Shown piece by piece: positions 1-7,991 of a stretch of 38,368 bases of DNA (positions within the stretch are counted from its first letter, which is position 1; each line of letters starts with the position of its first letter). Made by a program: the position numbers and the translations under genes. This DNA comes from a candidate division FCPU426 bacterium (lineage in GTDB: Bacteria > Oederibacteriota > JAAXVQ01 > JAUVAV01), in contig DAOWGI010000104.1 in the NCBI GenBank assembly GCA_030637655.1, positions 1-38,368 on the forward strand, written 5' to 3'. The notes under the pieces are model-generated. The model was not told the DNA's origin. It searched no databases and saw only the letters and a program-made list of their open reading frames with translations.

Positions 1-75
1 AGCAGGAATCCAGTGGCTTTGATCTTTAAATGCTTTAAAGTCACTGGATCCCGGCTTAATGATTGCCGGGATGAC
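1..75. repeat. Double-hairpin palindromic repeat (…GGAATCCAGTG…CACTGGATCCCGGC…GCCGGGATGAC), cut by the window edge
   Basis: ATCCAGTG/CACTGGAT stem followed by the CCCGGC/GCCGGG hairpin and ATGAC; same architecture as the cargo of the MITEs at 13371 and 35960. Confidence 0.7.
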
Positions 76-162
76 AACGCGTGGAGCATCCTTTTAATAA
101 CAAGATATCTATTATCTTTTCGTCAACATGTTGCACTTGTGATTACAATTTACCTGCAAATT

Positions 163-329
163 GTAACAGGTCAGTGAAGTGTGGTTAAACAAAGGTTGTC
201 ATAATCGGGAATCTGGTTTTTTAAACCATGTCCCCGATACAAGCATTCGGCTGCGCAGCGTCCCTGATAGACGATATGCGATCAAGTCGGGGGGATGACA
301 AACAAAAAAACGCATGACTGACCTGTTAC
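163..329. mobile_element. MITE copy 1 (GTAA-ended, IS66-like termini) containing a 42-nt secondary insert
   Basis: Perfect 13-bp TIR GTAACAGGTCAGT/ACTGACCTGTTAC; interior closely matches 35960..36098; no target duplication seen. Confidence 0.85.
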
Positions 330-346
330 GTGAAAAAAAATAAATT

Positions 347-452
347 GTAAGGGCGAAACCATGTTTTCGCCCCTGATGGTGTTTTTGTCCTGATTTTGGT
401 TACCCGGCGGTTTGTTATTATAATTATCCATAAGGGCGATTACATGGAATCG
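347..452. repeat. Degenerate GTAG-type REP doublet
   Basis: GTAAGGGCGAAACCATGTTTTCGCCCCT from 347 and a truncated second unit TAAGGGCGATTACATGGAATCG at 431-452. Confidence 0.5.
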
Positions 453-454
453 TG

Positions 455-529
455 TGGTACCGGATCTTCATTTGTCATTTGTAAGTGCTACGATTTTTAT
501 ACCTAATGACAAATGAAGATCCGGTACCA
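455..529. repeat. Perfect 25-bp inverted repeat with 25-nt spacer
   Basis: TGGTACCGGATCTTCATTTGTCATT (455-479) and AATGACAAATGAAGATCCGGTACCA (505-529); lies 10 bp past the HEPN stop. Confidence 0.9.
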
Positions 530-539
530 ATTTTATCTT

Positions 540-953
540 TTATAATGCTTCCTGGGGTAAATGTTTACGAATTTCCACACGAATTTTTCGAGCCATGGCA
601 ATTGCTTCTTCAGCCTCTTGACGGGTAATCGGTTCCCACCGGCCCGGATACCTGGCTTCGATTGCATAGCGGTTAAGTTTCAGTATGTCGCCCATCTCCA
701 ATTTAAGTTGAATTTGAATCATAGTCCTTTGCAAGAGTAGACGCAGATCATGCGTTTTCGGAAAATCTTCACAACGATAAAGCAATAATACCTTCAAATA
801 TTTTTCAGCGCATTGCTGGGCATGGTAGCAAATGGTATCAAAAGGACACTCCTCAAACAGAGTCAGCGTATATTCCGCATTTTTAAGATCATGTTCGGCT
901 TTTTCAATCCACAAGCGCAGCGTTGGTATTTTATCATCAGGCAGCACGCTCAT
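540..953 (-). CDS. HEPN domain protein
   Basis: W..KAEHDL..A, YHAQQCAEKYLK, KTHDL and RYP motifs; ATG at 953 follows a purine-rich RBS and overlaps the MNT gene. Confidence 0.88.
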   Translation of the reverse strand: MSVLPDDKIPTLRLWIEKAEHDLKNAEYTLTLFEECPFDTICYHAQQCAEKYLKVLLLYRCEDFPKTHDLRLLLQRTMIQIQLKLEMGDILKLNRYAIEARYPGRWEPITRQEAEEAIAMARKIRVEIRKHLPQEAL

Positions 954-1266
954 AGAGAACCTTCCCTTCATTTACAGCCGGATAGATTACAGTTCCGATC
1001 TGTTCGCAATCCCGCTCCACATCTTCAGGCGTTGCCACCAAAATGTCCACCGGCATATCGACTCCCACCAGTGCCAAGTCAATCAGCGTTGCCTGATTCC
1101 TTCTCGACCCGTGAATAGGCATCACGACCAGCAAATCCGCATCGCTTTCAGGCATTGCCGTACCGCGTGCATGAGAGCCGAATAAAATGATTTTATCCGG
1201 ATTAAACTGAGAGGCAATTCTTCTCACAATTTCATCCATAACCTCTTGTGTTTTGGAATTCGCCAT
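937..1266 (-). CDS. Minimal nucleotidyltransferase (MNT; HEPN partner)
   Basis: LFGSHARGTAMPESDADLLV matches GSX10DXD; VDILV; GKVLYE; RBS AGGAGG. Confidence 0.92.
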   Translation of the reverse strand: MANSKTQEVMDEIVRRIASQFNPDKIILFGSHARGTAMPESDADLLVVMPIHGSRRNQATLIDLALVGVDMPVDILVATPEDVERDCEQIGTVIYPAVNEGKVLYERAA

Positions 1267-1438
1267 ATCCCCACCTCCTGAAAAACAAAACTTGATTTTC
1301 CGATTAATACTGCTTTAACTGCACTCCTGTTTTTCTCTTTCTCAATTTCCACGCTTTTAACTCTTAAGTCAATGATTTTCTCATGTAAATTATTGCATTT
1401 CATTTTTTAGTAAACGAGCATTTTTTGCCTGCGTATTT

Positions 1439-4363
1439 TTATAGCGCAGCATTGGGACAAATGGTCCGATACGGACAATAATTGCACACCCACACATTCG
1501 ATTTAGGCTCGAAATTTCTGTTGCGAATGTTATCCGCTACTTGCAGGATCTGGTTTTCCACTTCTTCTACCTTCTCTTTTTTCAATACAGTCCTGCCGCT
1601 TAATCCACTGTCAAAAAAATACAGTTCCAAGCGCTCAGGCAGTTTCTTTTCCATATGCAGCCAAGCCAGCGCGTATATTTTAAGTTGCAGACTATCTTTG
1701 GCCTTTTTATCCGCTGCTTTTTGCTCAAAGACCTCTGAACTCTTAAAATCAATAATTGCTACTTCACCGGTGTTCAGTATATCCACCCGGTCAATGCGGC
1801 CTACGATTTTATTGAGACCTAAATTATAACTGAAGGTTTTCTCAATATATTTTGGTATCATTTGATTTACGTTGTACTTGTTAATAAATAACTTTAAAGC
1901 TTCGATGCCCACAGTCTGCCTGATTTCTTCGTGTTCCCGGGATATAAATCCCGCATTCACCCAGGTATCTAAAAATATCTCAATTACCCTTTCTTCTGAA
2001 ATGGGCTCCATAACCATCAGAGAGCGATAAAATTCCGAAACTGCGGTATGCAGCGCCTTTCCATACAATATTGTATGATGCGGCAATACCGGTATTTTCA
2101 GCAGGTGGATGTATTTGTATTTCAACGGACAGGATAGATAATCATCAATTTGATAAAATGATAGTGTTAAGGTCTCTTGCTTGGAAAGCGGCTCCAGAGG
2201 TTGCAAGGGTGCGGCCGGCTGCCAAGCGTGCGTTTTTATCCGCTCCAGAGCTGATGTCTTCCACTGCTCTGGGTTCACGCCCGGAAGTTCCAAAGCTTCC
2301 AGGATAAAACGCGAAGGCTTGTAGGCTCGTGTTCCCCCATAATCTTTGGCGCCTGTGAGCACTAATTCTTTTTTTGCACGTGTCATGGCTACATAAAATA
2401 AGCGGCGTTCTTCTGAGAGAAACGGATCTCCTTCCGGGACCACCTCTTTGGCCAGTTCCAGAGGCAAGGTCAGGCCGGCCGCACGATTAATTCCTGGAAA
2501 TCGATTGGCTGCCAATCCAACCAGGAAGACAGCATCAAATTCCAGTCCTTTGGCCCGATGCACGGTCAAAACATGGACAGCCTTTAGGTCGGAATCCACA
2601 TCTGAGCTGCCGGGATCATCTCCCACCTCTTCCAGCATATCCAAATGCTCAACAAAGTGAATCACCCGGTCTGATTTGGAAATGTTTTCATAACGCTGTA
2701 CTACATTGAAAAATTTCGCTATGTTCTTTATGACCAGATCAGACTCCACACTGTTGTCTTCCGTATATCTTGCCAATACTCCACTTTCAGTCAAAAAGCG
2801 ATATAATACCTGACCCGTGGAATGTGTTTTGGCTATTTTGAGAAAATTCTCAATATCTGTCAGCAAGCGTTCCGCACTTTGCAGACCTGCTTCGGTCATA
2901 CCGGGTAACTCTTTGGTCCTATATTTTTCCAAAACTGTTTTTAACGGCAGGTGACGCTTCCTGCTTTCCGCGGTCAACGCGGCCAAATCCTGGGCAGGCA
3001 TGTCGTAGATATCCGAGGATGCCAGTGCATGAAACGGCAAGGGCGCCGAGGGATCGGCTAAAACACGTAAAAACGCGATGCAGAGTTTTATTTCCAATCT
3101 CCGGTAGAGTCCCTGATTACCCTGAAAGCGACAGGGAAGGCCTTTAGCATTAAAGGTACGGACAAATGCATCTGCCTGACGGTTGGTCCGTACCAAAACA
3201 GCAAAATCAGACCAGCTAACACTTGTTTGTTCCATACGTTGCAGAATAGCCTGAGCCACCCAGTCAGCTTCGGCAGAAACCGTATCAAACCCCTGATACA
3301 ACACAGGTGTCTCGCCTGGCTGCTCTGCCAGTAAGCGTTTATCAATATTTTTTTTCACTTCCAGGCGTTCGGGATTATTATGCTGTATCAAGCGATAGGC
3401 GGCATCCAGGATGGTTTGGGTGGAACGATAGTTTTTTTTCAAAACAACTATCCGCGTTTCAGGATAGTATTGTGTGAACTGCAATATGTTGGAAATGGCA
3501 GCTCCGCGAAATTTGTAAATACTCTGGTCATCATCTCCCACCACAGTAATATTGCCGCGTTTTCCTGCCAGCAGACGCAATAGTTCAAACTGGGCCGCAT
3601 TAGTATCCTGGAATTCATCCACCATGATGTACTGATACCGTCTGCGGTACTCTTCCAAAACATCCGGATTTTCGCGAAACAGGCGGAGGGTGAGCGTAAG
3701 CAGATCACCAAAATCCACCAACCCTTTTTCCAGCAATAAGCGCTGATATTTATCATACAGCTTGGCTAATTCGACCTGCTTCTCCCAGCCGGCGAAATCC
3801 GCCTCACTCACATATTCCTGATTGCGTATTTCCAATTCATCGCAGTAATTGAGATAGTCCCTTGGCGTCACATCCTCGTCTTTGGCACGCGATATTATCT
3901 TGAGTATTAATTGCAAATGCCGGGTTGGATCCGATAAGGGCCGCAGTTTTTTAAGCGGTAAATCAAATATATTTTCTCTTAAAAAGATTAATTGTTCTGC
4001 GTTGGACAACACCTTGTAATTTGGATTCATCCCCAACAGGATTCCCTGTTCACGTAAAACCCGGTCACCAAACGCATGAAAGGTACATATGGTACTGTCA
4101 GTAAAACCATACGGAACCAGGACATCCACCCGGCTCTCCATCTCTTCGGCCGCTTTATCCGTAAAGGTAAGCGCCAGTATCTCGCGGGCGGTGCAAATCT
4201 TGGCAGACACCAGTTGCGCAATGCGTCGCGTGATTACTGCCGTTTTTCCAGTGCCGGCGCCTGCCACTACGAGTTGGGGCCCGTGCCCATGCATCACAGC
4301 TTGGCGCTGTTGGGCATTTAAATCCGCGAGAATAGCTTCTTGGGAAGTGGTTCGAGTAGGCAT
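1439..4363 (-). CDS. SF1A (UvrD/PcrA-like) helicase fused to a C-terminal PD-(D/E)XK nuclease (AdnA/B- or AddA-like architecture)
   Basis: AGAGTGKT, DEFQD, GDDDQSIYKFRGA, TVHRAKGLEF, EERRLFYVAMTRAK; nuclease GRIDR…IIDFKS…QLKIYA; Cys motifs SCPLKY and CNYCPYRTIC. Confidence 0.92.
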   Translation of the reverse strand: MPTRTTSQEAILADLNAQQRQAVMHGHGPQLVVAGAGTGKTAVITRRIAQLVSAKICTAREILALTFTDKAAEEMESRVDVLVPYGFTDSTICTFHAFGDRVLREQGILLGMNPNYKVLSNAEQLIFLRENIFDLPLKKLRPLSDPTRHLQLILKIISRAKDEDVTPRDYLNYCDELEIRNQEYVSEADFAGWEKQVELAKLYDKYQRLLLEKGLVDFGDLLTLTLRLFRENPDVLEEYRRRYQYIMVDEFQDTNAAQFELLRLLAGKRGNITVVGDDDQSIYKFRGAAISNILQFTQYYPETRIVVLKKNYRSTQTILDAAYRLIQHNNPERLEVKKNIDKRLLAEQPGETPVLYQGFDTVSAEADWVAQAILQRMEQTSVSWSDFAVLVRTNRQADAFVRTFNAKGLPCRFQGNQGLYRRLEIKLCIAFLRVLADPSAPLPFHALASSDIYDMPAQDLAALTAESRKRHLPLKTVLEKYRTKELPGMTEAGLQSAERLLTDIENFLKIAKTHSTGQVLYRFLTESGVLARYTEDNSVESDLVIKNIAKFFNVVQRYENISKSDRVIHFVEHLDMLEEVGDDPGSSDVDSDLKAVHVLTVHRAKGLEFDAVFLVGLAANRFPGINRAAGLTLPLELAKEVVPEGDPFLSEERRLFYVAMTRAKKELVLTGAKDYGGTRAYKPSRFILEALELPGVNPEQWKTSALERIKTHAWQPAAPLQPLEPLSKQETLTLSFYQIDDYLSCPLKYKYIHLLKIPVLPHHTILYGKALHTAVSEFYRSLMVMEPISEERVIEIFLDTWVNAGFISREHEEIRQTVGIEALKLFINKYNVNQMIPKYIEKTFSYNLGLNKIVGRIDRVDILNTGEVAIIDFKSSEVFEQKAADKKAKDSLQLKIYALAWLHMEKKLPERLELYFFDSGLSGRTVLKKEKVEEVENQILQVADNIRNRNFEPKSNVWVCNYCPYRTICPNAAL

Positions 4364-4367
4364 ACGC

Positions 4368-5060
4368 TTACAACTTCAATTTTATAGTCAGTACACCCTG
4401 CTGTTCAACCTGTTTCCAATCCGAAGGCAAGGGATCAAATATGATTTTCCTGGCCAATTCAATGGCTTTCTGATCAATATACGGATACCCGGAGGTTTCC
4501 AGCAAATTGGCATTTTTTATTTCCCCTTCCGGCATGACAACTAATATAAGTCGTAACTGGGTTTCCTCGGTAATCATTTTTTTCAAGGCCGTGAAATCAG
4601 GTTCTTTGTACCCCCGGGCGGCAATATCACCAGTGAGATTCAGTGTTCCCAAAGATGTGCCGGGCGCACCCCATTCTCCGGCTCCTCGCCCCTCGGCCAA
4701 TCCTTCACTTGATTTTCGCAGCTTTTTGGTGGAAACACCGATATTGCCGCCAGTACGATCACGAGCCAGTTCTTTGATAATATCTTGACGACGTTTGGCA
4801 CGCCACGCGGCAATTTCTTGCGGTGTCATGGCTTGCTCCCCGTCTTCTTCATTCTGGGATGCGATTACGTCCCCAGCCATTTTCACTCCTTCTTCTTTTG
4901 AACGCGGCGCACTGCTGCCGGCCAAGGTCACCTCGATCAGCATGGGCATCTCAGCAGTAGGCGCCTGGGTGAATTGCATGCTGCCAAACCCCAACAATAA
5001 CCCGACATGAATAGCCAGGGTAATTCCAAATGATAGGTTGGACGTCCAATCTAAGGTCAC
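4368..5060 (-). CDS. tonB: TonB-family energy transducer
   Basis: N-terminal TM helix with TLAIH (S/T-x3-H); TonB_C-like GEIKNANLLETSGYPYIDQKA; follows exbBD. Confidence 0.8.
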   Translation of the reverse strand: MTLDWTSNLSFGITLAIHVGLLLGFGSMQFTQAPTAEMPMLIEVTLAGSSAPRSKEEGVKMAGDVIASQNEEDGEQAMTPQEIAAWRAKRRQDIIKELARDRTGGNIGVSTKKLRKSSEGLAEGRGAGEWGAPGTSLGTLNLTGDIAARGYKEPDFTALKKMITEETQLRLILVVMPEGEIKNANLLETSGYPYIDQKAIELARKIIFDPLPSDWKQVEQQGVLTIKLKL

Positions 5061-5497
5061 CTTTTTAACATCTCCTCCGATAGAGGCCGCACTGGTAAAG
5101 GATCCGCAGCTAAAACCAATTTTGTCGCGCCTGCTTGCCTGGCTATATCCAAAACCCTCACTGCATCGCCGTAAGCAACTCTGGTGTCCGCTGAAACCGT
5201 AACTGAGGGGTCTCCCCCCTCCTGAAAAAATTTACGCAAATGCCGCCCTAATTTTGCTATTTTTACTACAGTATTGTTCACATAGACCTTGCCATCCGCG
5301 GTCAGCGTAATAGTCACTTTTTCCATCGGCGTGGCGGCCTTTTTTACATGGGCTTTGGGCAAATTAATATCAATACTGGCTTTCATAATCAACGGAGTGG
5401 TTACCATAAATATCACCAACAATACCATCATGACATCAGTTAAAGGTGTGATGTTGATCTCACTCATAACCCGGTTTCTCCGGGCCGGGCGTCTCAT
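5057..5497 (-). CDS. exbD: ExbD/TolR biopolymer transport protein
   Basis: EINITPLTDVMMVLLVIFMVT with the conserved Asp; ADTRVAYG. Confidence 0.92.
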   Translation of the reverse strand: MRRPARRNRVMSEINITPLTDVMMVLLVIFMVTTPLIMKASIDINLPKAHVKKAATPMEKVTITLTADGKVYVNNTVVKIAKLGRHLRKFFQEGGDPSVTVSADTRVAYGDAVRVLDIARQAGATKLVLAADPLPVRPLSEEMLKR

Positions 5498-6162
5498 GAT
5501 TCACCGCGGCGTGAATACGTATAGTTGGCTTGCTGCAATTCATTGCTCCCATACATATCATCCAATAAATCCGATGCGGCTGTGGCCATTTCCGTATCAA
5601 AACGGGTAACCCGGCGCACAAAATAATTATACGCGATAACAGCCGGCACTGCGGTGAACAGTCCGGCAGCAGTGGCTATCAAGGCTTCGGCAATTCCACT
5701 GGCTACCACAGAAGCTCCGGCTGCGGAAGAATCCGCCAAGGCGGAAAAGGCAGTAATAATTCCCAACACGGTTCCAAACAGACCAACAAAGGGTGAAATT
5801 GAACCAATGGTGGCTAAGGTGGACAACAAATGTTCCAAACGGATTAATTCTAAAGCGCTAACCCTTTCCATGGCCTCCCGGGCGGAAACCGGACCTCTGG
5901 CAAAATAACGCAATCCTGCTTTAAGAGTCGCAGCTACCGGTCCTGGTGTTTCCTGGCACAAGTCACCGGCTTCTACCGGTTTTTTAGTTTGCACCATTTT
6001 TTTGATTTTTAACATAAAATGTTCTAAATCCAATTTGGCCATACTAAACCGAATGGCCCGCTCAAAAATAATAAACCAAGAAACCAATGAGAACAGCAGT
6101 AAGACAACCATGGTCCAACCGCCTTTGGCAATCAATTGCCAGAATGTGAGATCTTGAAACAT
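5494..6162 (-). CDS. exbB: ExbB/TolQ/MotA proton channel protein
   Basis: LATIGSISPFVGLFGTVLGII and GIAEALIATAAGL..AVPA. Confidence 0.92.
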   Translation of the reverse strand: MFQDLTFWQLIAKGGWTMVVLLLFSLVSWFIIFERAIRFSMAKLDLEHFMLKIKKMVQTKKPVEAGDLCQETPGPVAATLKAGLRYFARGPVSAREAMERVSALELIRLEHLLSTLATIGSISPFVGLFGTVLGIITAFSALADSSAAGASVVASGIAEALIATAAGLFTAVPAVIAYNYFVRRVTRFDTEMATAASDLLDDMYGSNELQQANYTYSRRGES

Positions 6163-6194
6163 ACGCTTAATGCCTCCTGTAGATCGATTTTCTT

Positions 6195-7991
6195 TTAAAA
6201 AGAGACTCTGGCACCGACCAGAGCATTAAATGTTCTGCCCGGATAACCCAACCATTCATCCCAAGTAAACCCCAATACATTTTCCAGCGCAATATAAATA
6301 TTTAAATACGTCAACACTTGAAAGTCACAATCCAGTCCAACCAGATGTGCCGGCTCCAGGCTTGGGACACGCTCCGCCGGATCACCATAGCGCGCGCCCA
6401 AATACCGATATGTCAAAGTCACATCCGCGTCGGAAAAGGCTGCGCGAAATTCCATTTTACCTTCATGTTCAGGAATGTTTGGCAAAGGCAATATCTCCGC
6501 GTATGTGGCCTGGCGATAGATGTATTTGAATGTGTGTGAAAGTTGTTGGCTGTATTGCACTTCCAATTCAACGCTAGCTCCCTCAATCTTGCCTATGCTC
6601 AAATTCAGCAGAGTAAACAAGCCATCCGAATTCCCATCCAACCAGATCATGATATCTTCTATATCCTCTCGAAACCAGACAATATTACTTGATATCCGGT
6701 TTCCAAAGCGTTGTCTCCAGCCGGCCTTGGTCCGGTTCACCACGCGCTCCGGTCGAGGCAATCCAAAAACTGCTTGTCGCGGATGGGTGTAACTCCATTC
6801 GGAAACCAGTTCCCAATCCAGACCGGCATCCAGGCGGCCATAAATCATGGTTCCGGTTGGCAGTGCCAGAGAAGCTTGACCTATTATATCCGCGGTATTT
6901 TTATTCACCACTCCGGAAAATTGATCCACCCGAACACCAAGATCAATGTGCAAAGGAAAGATCGGGCGAAAACGAAAACGAGCCAATAGTTTTTGTAAAT
7001 ATTCTCTTTCCTCCCAAGCTTGCGAATCCGCTTCCAGGCAAGCTTCCTGACGCGTTAGCCGAAAGCGCACTAAGAGATTCAGATCTTCGGGAGTCAGACC
7101 CTGAATGTCTTGTTCGAATTCTGCGAAAAATTCCGCCAAGCTGGTTTTCAAAATGTTTCGACGAGGTCCACCGGTTCCTTGTTGAAAAAAATTTCCCAAT
7201 TCTCCGGCCAGATTGATTTTCGAATAATTACTGATTTCGATTTCACCGCGTAGATTCAGTTTGCCACCGGCACGTTCCAACCAATCTCCCCAGCCCTGAA
7301 TTCTGTTTTCCGGTTGCCGATTGCTTTCGCCTTGCCCCTGCACACTCAAAGCTATCCGGGTTGCCGGGGTGGCGGCAAAACCAATGGCCAGTTCAGCGCT
7401 GCCCTGCTGATCAAAAGGCCGAATTCCATAAGCCAACGGATGGTCCACGGCGCTATAATCCGCGCGCAGGATACAATTGGCCAGCTGGAATTCATATCCT
7501 GTCAGCAGACGGACTTCGCCTTGCCGGTTACTCCCGCCGCCGGCTTCCAGAGCAAAGAGATAATTTTTCGCTGTAACCGTATCTGCCGCAGGAGCTCCTT
7601 TCTCATCTTCCAATCCGGGAGCTACCACTTTTCCGATATCTGCCGGCATTTCTTTAGTTCCCCACATAGGATCCATGAGTAATAAATCACGCCGTTCGGC
7701 AGACACTCGATATTGCCGGTCACCTTTTACCACCACTTCCGGAAGCTTTAGGGAAGGACGATTTTGCTTGGCACCAGCCCGTTCTCTTTCGGGTTCCTGA
7801 CCACCGGGCGCGGTTAATTTCGGCGCTACCCGGTCATGCTCTCCGGATAAATCAGCGCCTCGCTTTGCACTGATCACAGGCGAATACCAAAGCAGACCGA
7901 TTAGCGCAGTTGCCAGAACGCGCCGCACAGCAAACCTGCTCCCAGTTAATTTAATTTCATCTTTTTTGGTGATAACTTGTTTCATTTTCAT
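6195..7991 (-). CDS. TonB-dependent receptor-like outer-membrane barrel with a short N-terminal region
   Basis: Signal peptide; TonB-box-like LPEVVVKG; amphipathic beta strands; TBDR-type C-terminus ENVLG…PGRTFNALVGARVSF. Confidence 0.75.
   Translation of the reverse strand: MKMKQVITKKDEIKLTGSRFAVRRVLATALIGLLWYSPVISAKRGADLSGEHDRVAPKLTAPGGQEPERERAGAKQNRPSLKLPEVVVKGDRQYRVSAERRDLLLMDPMWGTKEMPADIGKVVAPGLEDEKGAPAADTVTAKNYLFALEAGGGSNRQGEVRLLTGYEFQLANCILRADYSAVDHPLAYGIRPFDQQGSAELAIGFAATPATRIALSVQGQGESNRQPENRIQGWGDWLERAGGKLNLRGEIEISNYSKINLAGELGNFFQQGTGGPRRNILKTSLAEFFAEFEQDIQGLTPEDLNLLVRFRLTRQEACLEADSQAWEEREYLQKLLARFRFRPIFPLHIDLGVRVDQFSGVVNKNTADIIGQASLALPTGTMIYGRLDAGLDWELVSEWSYTHPRQAVFGLPRPERVVNRTKAGWRQRFGNRISSNIVWFREDIEDIMIWLDGNSDGLFTLLNLSIGKIEGASVELEVQYSQQLSHTFKYIYRQATYAEILPLPNIPEHEGKMEFRAAFSDADVTLTYRYLGARYGDPAERVPSLEPAHLVGLDCDFQVLTYLNIYIALENVLGFTWDEWLGYPGRTFNALVGARVSF

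Noticed and set aside
4368-6162. Tol-Pal (tolQRA) assignment
   Set aside because: No tolB or pal adjacent, and a TonB-box barrel is in the operon; Ton-type is preferred though not proven
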